Shown here: in pieces, positions 1 through 7,032 of the stretch | Layout of the letters: each line of letters opens with the position of its first letter | Numbering within the stretch: the first letter of the stretch is position 1 | Source: Halalkalibacterium halodurans | GTDB lineage: Bacteria; Bacillota; Bacilli; Bacillales; Bacillaceae_D | NCBI RefSeq assembly: GCF_004376175.1 | Contig: NZ_SNUY01000057.1 | Span: 1-15,090 of the forward strand | DNA length: 15,090 nt | Direction of reading: 5' to 3' | Position numbers and translations under genes: made by a program | The notes under the pieces: generated by a model | Databases searched by the model: none | The model's input: only the letters and a program-made list of their open reading frames with translations | Told to the model about the DNA's origin: nothing

Positions 1-53
1 TGTTCCCTTCGCCCTTGATTGACCTCTGAATAAACCATTGGTGTGTTTGTCAA
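1..53 (-). CDS. pstA: possible 5' end of pstA (phosphate ABC transporter permease), truncated by window edge
   Basis: Operon logic only: pstS-pstC are normally followed by pstA. The one frame that reaches the window edge and has a start codon begins at TTG 53 (MTNTPMVYSEVNQGRRE...). ATG at 38 is an alternative. About 17 codons are visible, with no TM segment yet and no convincing SD. Confidence 0.25.
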   Translation of the reverse strand, partial: MTNTPMVYSEVNQGRRE

Positions 54-130
54 GAGCGATAGCGTGGCATTTCCACCTAATAAATGGTAGGTAGTATGAA
101 CCGTGCTAGTTTTTCATAGAACTTTTGACA

Positions 131-1078
131 CTACCTAAATCTGCGAGAGATGTAACGAGCAAGTAGGTTCATAAGGAAGGTAAAGACGAACAGCGTCATC
201 GCTACAGCATACAAGCTATAGTAAATCGTCGAGCCAGCTGGAGCGTCTCCTCCTGTCACTTCCACAATATAAGCCGTCATTGTTTGCATCGATTGCGTCA
301 CATCGAATGTAAAGTTTTTCGAGCTGCCGCTTGCGATCGTGACGATCATCGTCTCACCAATCGCTCTTGAAAACCCAAGAACAAACGAAGCGACAATTCC
401 AGAAATAGCTGCAGGGATTACGACTTTAGTCGTTACTTCTAGCTTTGTTGCCCCGAGTGCAAGTGCTCCTTCACGCATAGCATTGGGTACAGAGCTCATA
501 GCATCCTCAGAGAGGGAGGCAACCATTGGGATGATCATAATGCCCATGACAATTCCAGGACTTAATATATTCGTTGCTTCCAATCCAGGAACAACGTGTC
601 GTAATAAGGGAGTCACAAATGTGAATGCAAAGAAACCATAGACGATGGTGGGAATTCCCGCCAACACTTCGAGCATTGGCTTCAACGTTCGCCGCAAGCG
701 ATCAGACGCATATTCACTTAAAAAGATCGCTGTCATTAAACCGATCGGAATGGCAACCACCATCGCAATGACTGTAGAAATTAACGTCCCTGTCAACAAC
801 GGCAGCACGCCAAATTCGGGATTTTGACTTAAAGGCTTAAGTACTGTCCCTGTGAAAAAGTCAACGATCGGTATTCGACTAAAAAACTCAATCGTTTCAT
901 GTAATAACGTATATAAAATTCCAATCGTTGTCAGAATCGAGACCGTCGCAATCACAAGGAGACATTTTGGAATTAACTTTTCTGCTAAATTCGCCAAGCT
1001 CTTCGTCTGCCTGTTTTTTTCAATCATCTCCCTTACATCGACAGCGCCCCTGACATTTAATTCGCTGTTGTTATTCAT
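131..1078 (-). CDS. pstC: phosphate ABC transporter permease PstC
   Basis: Multi-TM protein with the ABC permease EAA-type loop (SLSEDAMSSVPNAMREGALALGATK), directly downstream of pstS. The ORF track starts at 1108, but ATG at 1078 (MNNNSELN...) is preceded by GGAAGGAG 6 nt upstream, so 1078 is preferred. Confidence 0.9.
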   Translation of the reverse strand: MNNNSELNVRGAVDVREMIEKNRQTKSLANLAEKLIPKCLLVIATVSILTTIGILYTLLHETIEFFSRIPIVDFFTGTVLKPLSQNPEFGVLPLLTGTLISTVIAMVVAIPIGLMTAIFLSEYASDRLRRTLKPMLEVLAGIPTIVYGFFAFTFVTPLLRHVVPGLEATNILSPGIVMGIMIIPMVASLSEDAMSSVPNAMREGALALGATKLEVTTKVVIPAAISGIVASFVLGFSRAIGETMIVTIASGSSKNFTFDVTQSMQTMTAYIVEVTGGDAPAGSTIYYSLYAVAMTLFVFTFLMNLLARYISRRFR

Positions 1079-1239
1079 GGAGATCACTCCTTCCATCCCT
1101 TGTAGCAATAGATAAAGAAAATTCGGTGATTACCAAAGCCTTTAAAGGGCAACAGAGCGGCAGTTGCACTTATACTTCCACCTAAAATTTTGTCTACGTT
1201 AAATGACCTTCACTGCTAAAATTTTTTTCTTAAATCAAA

Positions 1240-1278
1240 TGCAAGCAAGAAGATGAGAACTTTTTCAAGCTCTCATCC
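1240..1278 (-). terminator. intra-operon hairpin/attenuator between pstS and pstC
   Basis: Arms GATGAGA (1252-1258) and TCTCATC (1271-1277), with one extra C-G pair. On the minus strand a moderately U-rich tract follows (UUCUUGCUUGCAUUUGAUUU). It sits in an unusually long 190-nt pstS-pstC spacer. A pstS-distal stem-loop is common in pst operons. Confidence 0.35.
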
Positions 1279-1298
1279 TATGCTCGTACACAATTGTT

Positions 1299-2306
1299 TT
1301 ATTTTAGTCCTTCTAAGAAATTCACATACTCTTGAACTTCTTCTTCAGGTAATGGTGCAAATCCAGTTTCGCCGGCAAATTCGTTTACATTGTTTACAAC
1401 GAATAGAGCAAAGTCTAGCACTTCTGGCTTTTCTTTCGCATGATTTACGTTTAAATATGTGAACACTGGACGAGTAAATGGTGCATAATCACCATCTTCT
1501 GCAATCGTCTCTAGATTAGGCTCAACTGGTCCATCACCGAAGTCAACATGAACAGCTCCTAGTTGATCTTGGTTGTTCACATAATAACCGAAGCCAAAAA
1601 ACGCGATCGCATTTGGATCTTCAGATACTAGGTTAACAAGAGTAGAATATTCTTGCTGCAAGTTAACGTTATCTACAAGATCTTGCTCTTCCATAATGAC
1701 TTCATAGAAAAACTCATACGTACCGTGGTTTTCGTTAGGTCCCATAGGATTAATTTCTTCATCTGGAAACTCTGGGCGGATGTCAGACCATTTTTCCACT
1801 CCACCGTCTGCAGCGAAAATGCTGATTAGCTCTTCTTTTGTTAACTCTGTCGCCCAGTCGTTGTCTGGGTGAATGACAAATGTAAGACCGTCTAAAGCAA
1901 CTTTGAATTCTTGAACGTCTATTCCAAGCTCTTCTGCCGTTTCTTTCTCTTCGTCCTTGATCTGACGAGACGCATCGTTGAAGTCTGTTCCGTTTTCTAC
2001 GAGAAATTTACCAAATCCAGCACTTGTTCCAGCGCGGCTTACCTCTACTGAAACGTTCGGTTGCTCGCTTATCATATACTCTTCAGCAATGGCTGCCATT
2101 AACGGATAAACCGTACCAGAACCATCAACGACAACACTACCTTCAAGCTCATCGCTTCCAGTAGCCTCCTCTGTCGTTTCTTCAGGAGCTTCCGTTGTTT
2201 CTTCATCCCCTGGCTCTGCTTGTGTATCTTCTCCCGATCCACACGCAGCAACGATGACCATAAGCACCGTCATAGTAAGTAATAGCATGAACTTTTTGAC
2301 ATTCAC
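1299..2306 (-). CDS. pstS: phosphate-binding lipoprotein PstS
   Basis: GTG start 7 nt after GGGAGGA. Lipoprotein signal peptide with lipobox VAAC|G, then an acidic E/T-rich linker and a periplasmic phosphate-binding fold (GSGTVYPL...SRAGTSAGF...DASR). pstC lies immediately downstream. Confidence 0.92.
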   Translation of the reverse strand: MNVKKFMLLLTMTVLMVIVAACGSGEDTQAEPGDEETTEAPEETTEEATGSDELEGSVVVDGSGTVYPLMAAIAEEYMISEQPNVSVEVSRAGTSAGFGKFLVENGTDFNDASRQIKDEEKETAEELGIDVQEFKVALDGLTFVIHPDNDWATELTKEELISIFAADGGVEKWSDIRPEFPDEEINPMGPNENHGTYEFFYEVIMEEQDLVDNVNLQQEYSTLVNLVSEDPNAIAFFGFGYYVNNQDQLGAVHVDFGDGPVEPNLETIAEDGDYAPFTRPVFTYLNVNHAKEKPEVLDFALFVVNNVNEFAGETGFAPLPEEEVQEYVNFLEGLK

Positions 2307-2379
2307 AGAATTGTCCTCCCTTTTTTATACGGTTGTTTACTATTTTGAGCGACATGGTTTTTGTCCCTCCACAATCCGT

Positions 2380-2433
2380 AGTATAGAGAGAAAATATTAA
2401 TCACATATATACTAAACGTAAAGGTTTTGTAAA
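2380..2433 (-). promoter_or_regulatory. putative PhoP-activated pstS promoter (Pho boxes plus -10)
   Basis: The minus strand reads TTTACA-aaacc-TTTACG-tttag-TATATA-tgtga-TTAATA. These are hexamers at 11-bp spacing. The first two (plus coordinates 2428-2433 and 2417-2422) fit the B. subtilis PhoP consensus TT(A/T/C)ACA. TTTACG lies 17 nt upstream of TAATAT (2394-2399). TATACT (2380-2385) is an alternative -10. Confidence 0.45.
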
Positions 2434-2519
2434 CGGGAGACGAACCTTGTCTAACCATCGTGTTTTTACTAGATTTACTAGAAATTTTGTCCTCTTATGT
2501 GGTCGTATTCGCTTAAACC

Positions 2520-2559
2520 GTAAAAAGACCGCCTCTTTCATAACAATGTAGAGGCAGTC
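2520..2559 (-). terminator. rho-independent terminator of the arsR-flavoprotein operon
   Basis: Minus-strand RNA GACUGCCUCU-loop-AGAGGCGGUC forms a 10-bp stem with one G-U pair (arms 2527-2536 and 2550-2559), followed by UUUUUAC. It starts about 24 nt after the stop at 2583. Confidence 0.65.
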
Positions 2560-2582
2560 CCTGTGTTACGGTGCTCATTCTA

Positions 2583-3854
2583 TTAGCAGCAAGATCTTTT
2601 TGCCAGAAAGTCGCTTTTACATACACCTGTCTTTGGTAATTGAAGCTCCACACGTTCGGCTTCTTTCTTGCTCCCTGCAAGTGATGCAACAATCGAACGT
2701 ACTTGCTCATAACCTGTGGCAAGCAAAAAGGTCGGTGCCCTCCCGTAGCTTTTTACGCCAGCAATATAGAAATTTTTTTCCGGTTGTCTAAGCTCCTTTT
2801 CCCCGTGGGGTCTCACTGTACCGCAGCTATGAATGTTCGGATCGATGAGAGGTGCTAATGCTGGCACACTTTCTAGCTTCGAATCCAGTTGATAGCGAAT
2901 GTCCCGGTGATAGTCAACGGTTGGTCTTGCACCTGTATTGGCCACAATTTCATCTACAAGCGGGAGGGAAATAGGGGATTCATTTTGTACCCCAACTATG
3001 CTTAAACGACCTTCCACTCGGTCAATTTGCTCCATTTCAAATGAAGAGATCAACTCCACCTTCTGTTTCGATAGCAAGGCTTCTAACGCTAATCCAAGCT
3101 GGCCTCGTGCCGGTAATGCGTCTTCCTGCCCGCCACCAAACAACCCATTCGGACTGTTTCTGCGAATCGCCCATAAGATCCGAGTGGATGGAGCGGCTTC
3201 CTTTAATTGAGCTAAATCAAGCAATGTATGAATCGCAGAGTGGCCACTTCCTACAACAAGTATCGTTTTCCCTTCATAACGGCTGCGATCTTTTCCCTTT
3301 ACATCAGGAATACCATAATAAATCGAGTCTTTCGCCTCCTGCTCGCCAATGGCTGGTACCCCACCAGCCCCGATCGGATTAGGGGAGAACCATGTCCCTG
3401 TAGCATCAATCACCGCCCTCGCCCTAAGAGTCTTTTGGTCGTTATCTTGCTTGTAGCGAATGATAAACGGTGTGTTTTCCCGATTGTGATCCTTGATTTT
3501 ATCGATACCTTTTCGATAAATCGACTGAACCGGTGCATTCGTGTAAATATACGGCTTTAATGCCTTCGTTTCAGCAAGTGGCTGTAAATAATCTCGAACC
3601 AATTGTTCTCCTGTCGGTAAGTGGTCTCCAGCGGGCTCTTTCCAGCTTTCTTTCTCTAACAGAGATTTTGCTGCTCTGTCGATGTTATATTTCCAAGGAG
3701 AAAACAATGAAACGTGCTTCCATTCTAAAATCGAAGCTCCGACTTCACTTTTTCCTTCAAATAAAACAAACGGAACGTCCCGAACCGCTAAATGAGCTGC
3801 CGCCGCTAATCCGACAGGCCCTCCACCAATGATTGCTACAGGTAAAGAATTCAT
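2583..3854 (-). CDS. FAD/NAD(P)-binding oxidoreductase of unknown substrate with a C-terminal Cys cluster, co-located with an ArsR regulator
   Basis: The ORF track extends to 3959, but ATG at 3854 (MNSLPVAIIGGGPVGLAAAAH...) follows AAGGTGG by 9 nt and starts exactly at the Rossmann GxGxxG. A second dinucleotide motif is present (ILVVGSGHSAIH). The only four Cys are HSCG, GVCK and the terminal SCC, all in the last 80 aa. There is no CxxC or CxxxxC redox pair. Confidence 0.85.
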   Translation of the reverse strand: MNSLPVAIIGGGPVGLAAAAHLAVRDVPFVLFEGKSEVGASILEWKHVSLFSPWKYNIDRAAKSLLEKESWKEPAGDHLPTGEQLVRDYLQPLAETKALKPYIYTNAPVQSIYRKGIDKIKDHNRENTPFIIRYKQDNDQKTLRARAVIDATGTWFSPNPIGAGGVPAIGEQEAKDSIYYGIPDVKGKDRSRYEGKTILVVGSGHSAIHTLLDLAQLKEAAPSTRILWAIRRNSPNGLFGGGQEDALPARGQLGLALEALLSKQKVELISSFEMEQIDRVEGRLSIVGVQNESPISLPLVDEIVANTGARPTVDYHRDIRYQLDSKLESVPALAPLIDPNIHSCGTVRPHGEKELRQPEKNFYIAGVKSYGRAPTFLLATGYEQVRSIVASLAGSKKEAERVELQLPKTGVCKSDFLAKRSCC

Positions 3855-3873
3855 GTTTAACCGCCACCTTATA

Positions 3874-3889
3874 TCAATTTTTTTTGATT
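3874..3889. promoter_or_regulatory. copy 1 of the ATCAA-N6-TTGAT motif, 3 nt upstream of the flavoprotein SD; putative ArsR-family operator
   Basis: ATCAATTTTTTTTGAT read directly from the sequence. It has the same arms and spacing as the copies at 4295-4310 and 4356-4371. Confidence 0.45.
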
Positions 3890-3971
3890 TAATAACTGAA
3901 GAAAAATCGCCTATTGGCGAGCATAAAAGGAAAAAGAAAGGAGCAAACCCTCTGTCCAACTTGCATTCCCT

Positions 3972-4280
3972 CTACTGCGGGCGAAAAACACAGCACAATT
4001 GTTCAGAGAGTAATGCTTTAACTGTTTGGTCTTTCAAGCGATAATAGTTCCATTGACCTCGCTTCTGACGTTCAATTAAGTCAGCATCGAGCAAAATCTT
4101 CAGATGATATGATAATTTCGATTGAGGTAAGTTCATCATCTGTTGTAAATCACAAACACAGACCTCATGATGTTGGCATAACTCATACATGAGTAATAAA
4201 CGTTTTTCATCGGCTAATGCTTTAAATTTTTGCTCAAATATCTTAAAGTCTGGCTTTACTGGAATAAGCTCGATATCCAT
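3972..4280 (-). CDS. arsR: ArsR/SmtB-family metalloid-sensing transcriptional repressor
   Basis: Winged-helix HTH with the alpha-3 As(III)-site motif (ELCQHHEVCVCDL), the SKLSYHLKIL recognition helix and a C-terminal vicinal Cys pair (EQLCCVFRPQ). It closely resembles my recollection of B. subtilis skin-element ArsR. AAGGAGG lies 6 nt upstream of the ATG. Confidence 0.9.
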   Translation of the reverse strand: MDIELIPVKPDFKIFEQKFKALADEKRLLLMYELCQHHEVCVCDLQQMMNLPQSKLSYHLKILLDADLIERQKRGQWNYYRLKDQTVKALLSEQLCCVFRPQ

Positions 4281-4294
4281 TGTGCACCTCCTTT

Positions 4295-4310
4295 ATCAAC
4301 TTTTTTTGAT
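4295..4310. promoter_or_regulatory. copy 2 of the ATCAA-N6-TTGAT motif, abutting the arsR SD and just downstream of the predicted -10
   Basis: ATCAACTTTTTTTGAT. It differs from copies 1 and 3 at one spacer base. Confidence 0.45.
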
Positions 4311-4318
4311 TTATTGTT

Positions 4319-4348
4319 AGTTTACACGATGCCTGTTAGTTTATGCAA
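4319..4348 (-). promoter_or_regulatory. putative sigma-A promoter of the arsR-flavoprotein operon
   Basis: The minus strand reads TTGCAT (4343-4348), an 18-nt spacer, then TAAACT (4319-4324). Motif copies 2 and 3 flank it. Confidence 0.35.
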
Positions 4349-4355
4349 GTGTTAA

Positions 4356-4371
4356 ATCAATTTTTTTTGAT
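4356..4371. promoter_or_regulatory. copy 3 of the ATCAA-N6-TTGAT motif, just upstream of the predicted -35
   Basis: ATCAATTTTTTTTGAT, identical to copy 1. Confidence 0.45.
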
Positions 4372-4403
4372 TAACTTTCTCTGATGCTCTAGTGATTTTC
4401 AGA

Positions 4404-4688
4404 CTAAAACTTTTTTAAACTCATGTAATATTCCTTTGTGTCTTTATCAAATTTTTCTAAAGCGTATCGGAGAGTTACTCGAGGCATGATAGCTCCAAAC
4501 TTGTCTAAAAATTGTTTAAGCCTATTTTCATCTTTTTTTCCTGCTTCCCGAAGCCAACTTCCCACCGCTTTATTGATCAACCGGTCGTTTTGTCATCTCA
4601 ATTCTCCCTTCATGAATGGTTTACGATCGCTTAAGGATAGAAGGTTTTTCTCTTCTACTGCAATCACCTGAAAAATTTCATAGTCAAT
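4404..4688 (-). pseudogene. remnant of a DNA alkylation repair (AlkD/DNA_alkylation family) gene, C-terminal part with in-frame stops
   Basis: Minus-strand translation: IDYEIFQVIAVEEKNLLSLSDRKPFMKGELR*QNDRLINKAVGSWLREAGKKDENRLKQFLDKFGAIMPRVTLRYALEKFDKDTKEYYMSLKKF*. The KAVG-W-LRE and MPR-LRYA(I/L)EK blocks are typical of the C-terminus of this family. A TGA interrupts the frame, TAG lies just upstream, and the roughly 130 N-terminal codons are missing. Confidence 0.6.
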
Positions 4689-4780
4689 CTATCCTTTCGC
4701 TTTTTAGATGATCGATCCTCTAATCCTTCTTTAAAAGTTCAATATTAACGAATTAGTGAAACGTTTTTTGCTCTTTCGGA

Positions 4781-4809
4781 TGACATTCTTTCTAGAAGGG
4801 TAATATGAT
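4781..4809 (+). promoter_or_regulatory. putative sigma-A promoter for the orphan ORF
   Basis: TGACAT (4781-4786), a 17-nt spacer, then TATGAT (4804-4809). Confidence 0.3.
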
Positions 4810-4868
4810 AATAATTCATTCGACGAGGGTACATTGAAAAATACAGTTGCTCAGAAAGGATGGTTCAT

Positions 4869-5162
4869 ATGGATGTTTCATTTGTAAGAGATTATATCAA
4901 TCTTGTTGATCATTTATCTGATGCCTTACTGCTTGTTGACAAAACGTACGAGTTTATAGGAATGAGCGCTGAGGAATGGGGAAGGTTGTCTTCCCAAGAA
5001 AAGCGAGGTTACTTGCAAACGATGGCCGATGATGTCATTTATGCGCTAGGGGCTATGCAGAAAGTACGTGTCGGTGAAAGTATCATTTCTTATGAACACC
5101 CAGCTCAGGCCATTATTGTCAACAGCGCGAACCATGTCGCACATGTCATTCGGCTGAAGTAA
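4869..5162 (+). CDS. hypothetical protein (about 98 aa), no family recognised
   Basis: The open frame runs 4860-5162. ATG at 4869 lies 8 nt after AAAGGA and is the more likely start. The product is soluble, with no TM segment or signal peptide. I recognise no motif. Confidence 0.55.
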   Translation: MDVSFVRDYINLVDHLSDALLLVDKTYEFIGMSAEEWGRLSSQEKRGYLQTMADDVIYALGAMQKVRVGESIISYEHPAQAIIVNSANHVAHVIRLK

Positions 5163-5202
5163 AGTTACGTTCCCCACGTCCTTCATTTTTTTATCATAAC
5201 AT

Positions 5203-5238
5203 AAAAAATAACCTCCTATGACATCAGCATCATAGGAG
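5203..5238 (-). terminator. rho-independent terminator of the arsRBC operon
   Basis: Perfect 9-bp stem CTCCTATGA (5213-5221) / TCATAGGAG (5230-5238) with an 8-nt loop. GUUAUUUUUU follows on the minus strand. It lies between the convergent arsC and the orphan ORF. Confidence 0.7.
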
Positions 5239-5246
5239 ACCAGTGG

Positions 5247-5666
5247 TTATTTTCCTGTTTCAGCAAATGTTTTAATGCGCTCGCCAATTTCATCGCGTAC
5301 CCGACAGAAGACAGCCCATTTTTCTTCATCGGTTCCTTCCGCTTTTGCTGGATCATCAAATCCCCAATGCACTCTCTCTTTGTTCGAAGGGGTTGCAGGA
5401 CATACGTCCGCTGCGTGCCCGCAAAGGGTGACGACTAGGTCGGCTTTTTGCAATAACTCTTGATCAATTGTATCCGACGTCTGCTCGGAAATATCAATTC
5501 CAATTTCCTTCATTGCTTTCACAGCGTTCGGATTAACACCATGGGCTTCAATCCCAGCTGAATAGACGTCCCATTCGTCTCCTAAATATTTTTTCCCCCA
5601 CCCTTCGGCCATTTGACTCCGGCAAGAATTTCCTGTGCATAGAAAGTAAATCACCTTTTTATTCAT
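5247..5666 (-). CDS. arsC: arsenate reductase, thioredoxin-coupled LMW-PTP type
   Basis: [24 protein letters not shown]-loop (CX5R) plus the Cys82/Cys89 pair ([11 protein letters not shown]). It appears to align along its whole length with my recollection of B. subtilis ArsC, which I recall as 139 aa. The ATG at 5666 gives 139 aa. The TTG at 5678 in the ORF track abuts the SD and is unlikely. Confidence 0.95.
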   Translation of the reverse strand: MNKKVIYFLCTGNSCRSQMAEGWGKKYLGDEWDVYSAGIEAHGVNPNAVKAMKEIGIDISEQTSDTIDQELLQKADLVVTLCGHAADVCPATPSNKERVHWGFDDPAKAEGTDEEKWAVFCRVRDEIGERIKTFAETGK

Positions 5667-5693
5667 TGCTCTCTCCAACTCCTTTTTCTGTCG

Positions 5694-7004
5694 TTATGAA
5701 ATAAGCATTAGCCATAAGTAAAGACCGACCAATGTAATAAATAAGGTTGGTACAGTCAGAATGATTCCAACTTTAAAGTAGTAACCCCACGTAATTTTCA
5801 TCCCTTTTTTCGATAAAACATGGAGCCATAATAAGGTGGCTAATGAGCCAATCGGCGTAATTTTCGGTCCAAGGTCCGAACCTATAACATTGGCGTAAAT
5901 GAGCGCTTCCCGCATGATCCCCATAGTATTTGTATCAGCAATCGCTAAGGCGTTAATCATGACCGTAGGCATGTTATTCATAAGGGAAGATAAGATGGCA
6001 GCAATAAATCCCATCGCCATCGTACCGGCAAACAACCCTTGGGCCGCTGCAAGTTCAATAATGTCGGCCAGAATATTAGTTAAGCCAACATTGCGCAGAC
6101 CGTAAACAACAACGTACATCCCGATGGAGAATACGACGATCGCCCATGGGGCACCTTTTATAATTCCAGTCGTATTCAGCGCTTTGTTTTTTCCACTCGC
6201 TCTCCGGAAAATGAGATAAAACACAAAGGCAATTGGCATCGCGACAAAGGAAACAGGGATATGAACAAACTCACTGACGAAATAGCCAATGAGTAGGACA
6301 GCGAGAATAACCCATGAGAGTTTAAACATCGCCTTATCCTTAATCGCTTCATGTGGCTTTTTTAACTGTGACAGGTCGTAAGTTTTTGGCATATCCTTTC
6401 GAAAATAAAGATATAGCACCACGATGCTAGCAGCTAATGCAAAAAGGTTCGGCACGACCATTCTTGTCGCATACTCGACAAAGCCAATGTTGAAAAAATC
6501 GGCAGACACGATATTCACCAAGTTACTTACGATTAACGGCAACGATGTTGTATCGGCGATAAAGCCGCTCGCCATAACAAATGGAAGCACCATCGCTTCC
6601 TTAAACTTTAGCGCTCGCACCATGGCGAGAACGATTGGCGTTAAAATAAGAGCCGCCCCGTCATTCGCAAATAAGGCTGCAACAATCGCCCCTAATAACG
6701 TAATATACAAGAACATTTTAATCCCACTCCCATTTGCCACACGGGCCATATGGAGAGCAGACCATTCAAAAAAGCCAATCTCATCCAAAATAAGGGAAAT
6801 AATAATAATGGCAACAAACGTTAATGTCGCATTCCACACAATTCCCGTCACCGCTTGAACATCAGCAAAATCAACGACACCAGCAAGCAGGGCAAGCACT
6901 GCTCCAATGGTTGCTGACCACCCGATTGATAGCCCGCGTGGCTGCCAGATAACGAGCACAAGCGTAAACAGGAAAATGAGGGATGCTACAATCACAGAGG
7001 ACAA
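5694..7004 (-). CDS. arsB: arsenite/antimonite efflux permease, ArsB family
   Basis: Polytopic 436-aa protein that appears collinear with my recollection of S. aureus pI258 ArsB (VIWQP(R/K)[68 protein letters not shown]). TTG start after GGGAGTGGAG. Confidence 0.95.
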   Translation of the reverse strand: MSSVIVASLIFLFTLVLVIWQPRGLSIGWSATIGAVLALLAGVVDFADVQAVTGIVWNATLTFVAIIIISLILDEIGFFEWSALHMARVANGSGIKMFLYITLLGAIVAALFANDGAALILTPIVLAMVRALKFKEAMVLPFVMASGFIADTTSLPLIVSNLVNIVSADFFNIGFVEYATRMVVPNLFALAASIVVLYLYFRKDMPKTYDLSQLKKPHEAIKDKAMFKLSWVILAVLLIGYFVSEFVHIPVSFVAMPIAFVFYLIFRRASGKNKALNTTGIIKGAPWAIVVFSIGMYVVVYGLRNVGLTNILADIIELAAAQGLFAGTMAMGFIAAILSSLMNNMPTVMINALAIADTNTMGIMREALIYANVIGSDLGPKITPIGSLATLLWLHVLSKKGMKITWGYYFKVGIILTVPTLFITLVGLYLWLMLIS

Positions 7005-7032
7005 ACGTCTCCACTCCCATTCTTAGGTTTTT

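Noticed and set aside
50-70. Mini-ORF ATG-CCA-CGC-TAT-CGC-TCT-TGA whose stop overlaps the TTG at 53 (possible translational coupling into pstA)
   Set aside because: The AGGTGG lies only 2 nt from that ATG. The ORF is six codons, and the pstA start itself is unverified. This is too speculative to report as a feature.
339-1115. Plus-strand ORFs 339-641, 645-827 and 852-1115 from the supplied track
   Set aside because: They lie entirely antisense to the well-supported pstC gene. They have no SD sites, and their composition mirrors the opposite-strand membrane protein. They are shadow ORFs.
1253-1462. Plus-strand 69-aa ORF overlapping the pstS 3' end
   Set aside because: It is antisense to pstS and to the intergenic hairpin, with no SD or family signal.
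2513-3832. ORFs 2513-2722 (-), 2600-2791, 2938-3210, 3041-3382, 3228-3560 and 3533-3832 (+)
   Set aside because: All overlap the flavoprotein gene out of frame or antisense, and 2513-2722 runs through its terminator. No independent support.
2583-3854. Reading the flavoprotein as a mercuric reductase (MerA) or thioredoxin reductase because of its terminal CC
   Set aside because: It has no N-terminal redox-active CxxxxC (MerA / class I) or CxxC (TrxR) pair and no HMA domain. Only the C-terminal CC is analogous. It is kept as an unknown oxidoreductase.
3855-3959. N-terminal 35-codon extension of the flavoprotein ORF (start at 3959)
   Set aside because: The extension has no SD and would translate through the operator-like motif and the real SD. 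The Rossmann fold begins right at the ATG at 3854, which has AAGGTGG upstream.
4438-4671. Plus-strand 77-aa ORF
   Set aside because: It is the antisense of the AlkD-like remnant, whose minus-strand translation carries clear family motifs.
5275-6858. Plus-strand ORFs 5275-5463, 5899-6105 and 6424-6858
   Set aside because: They are antisense shadows of arsC and arsB.
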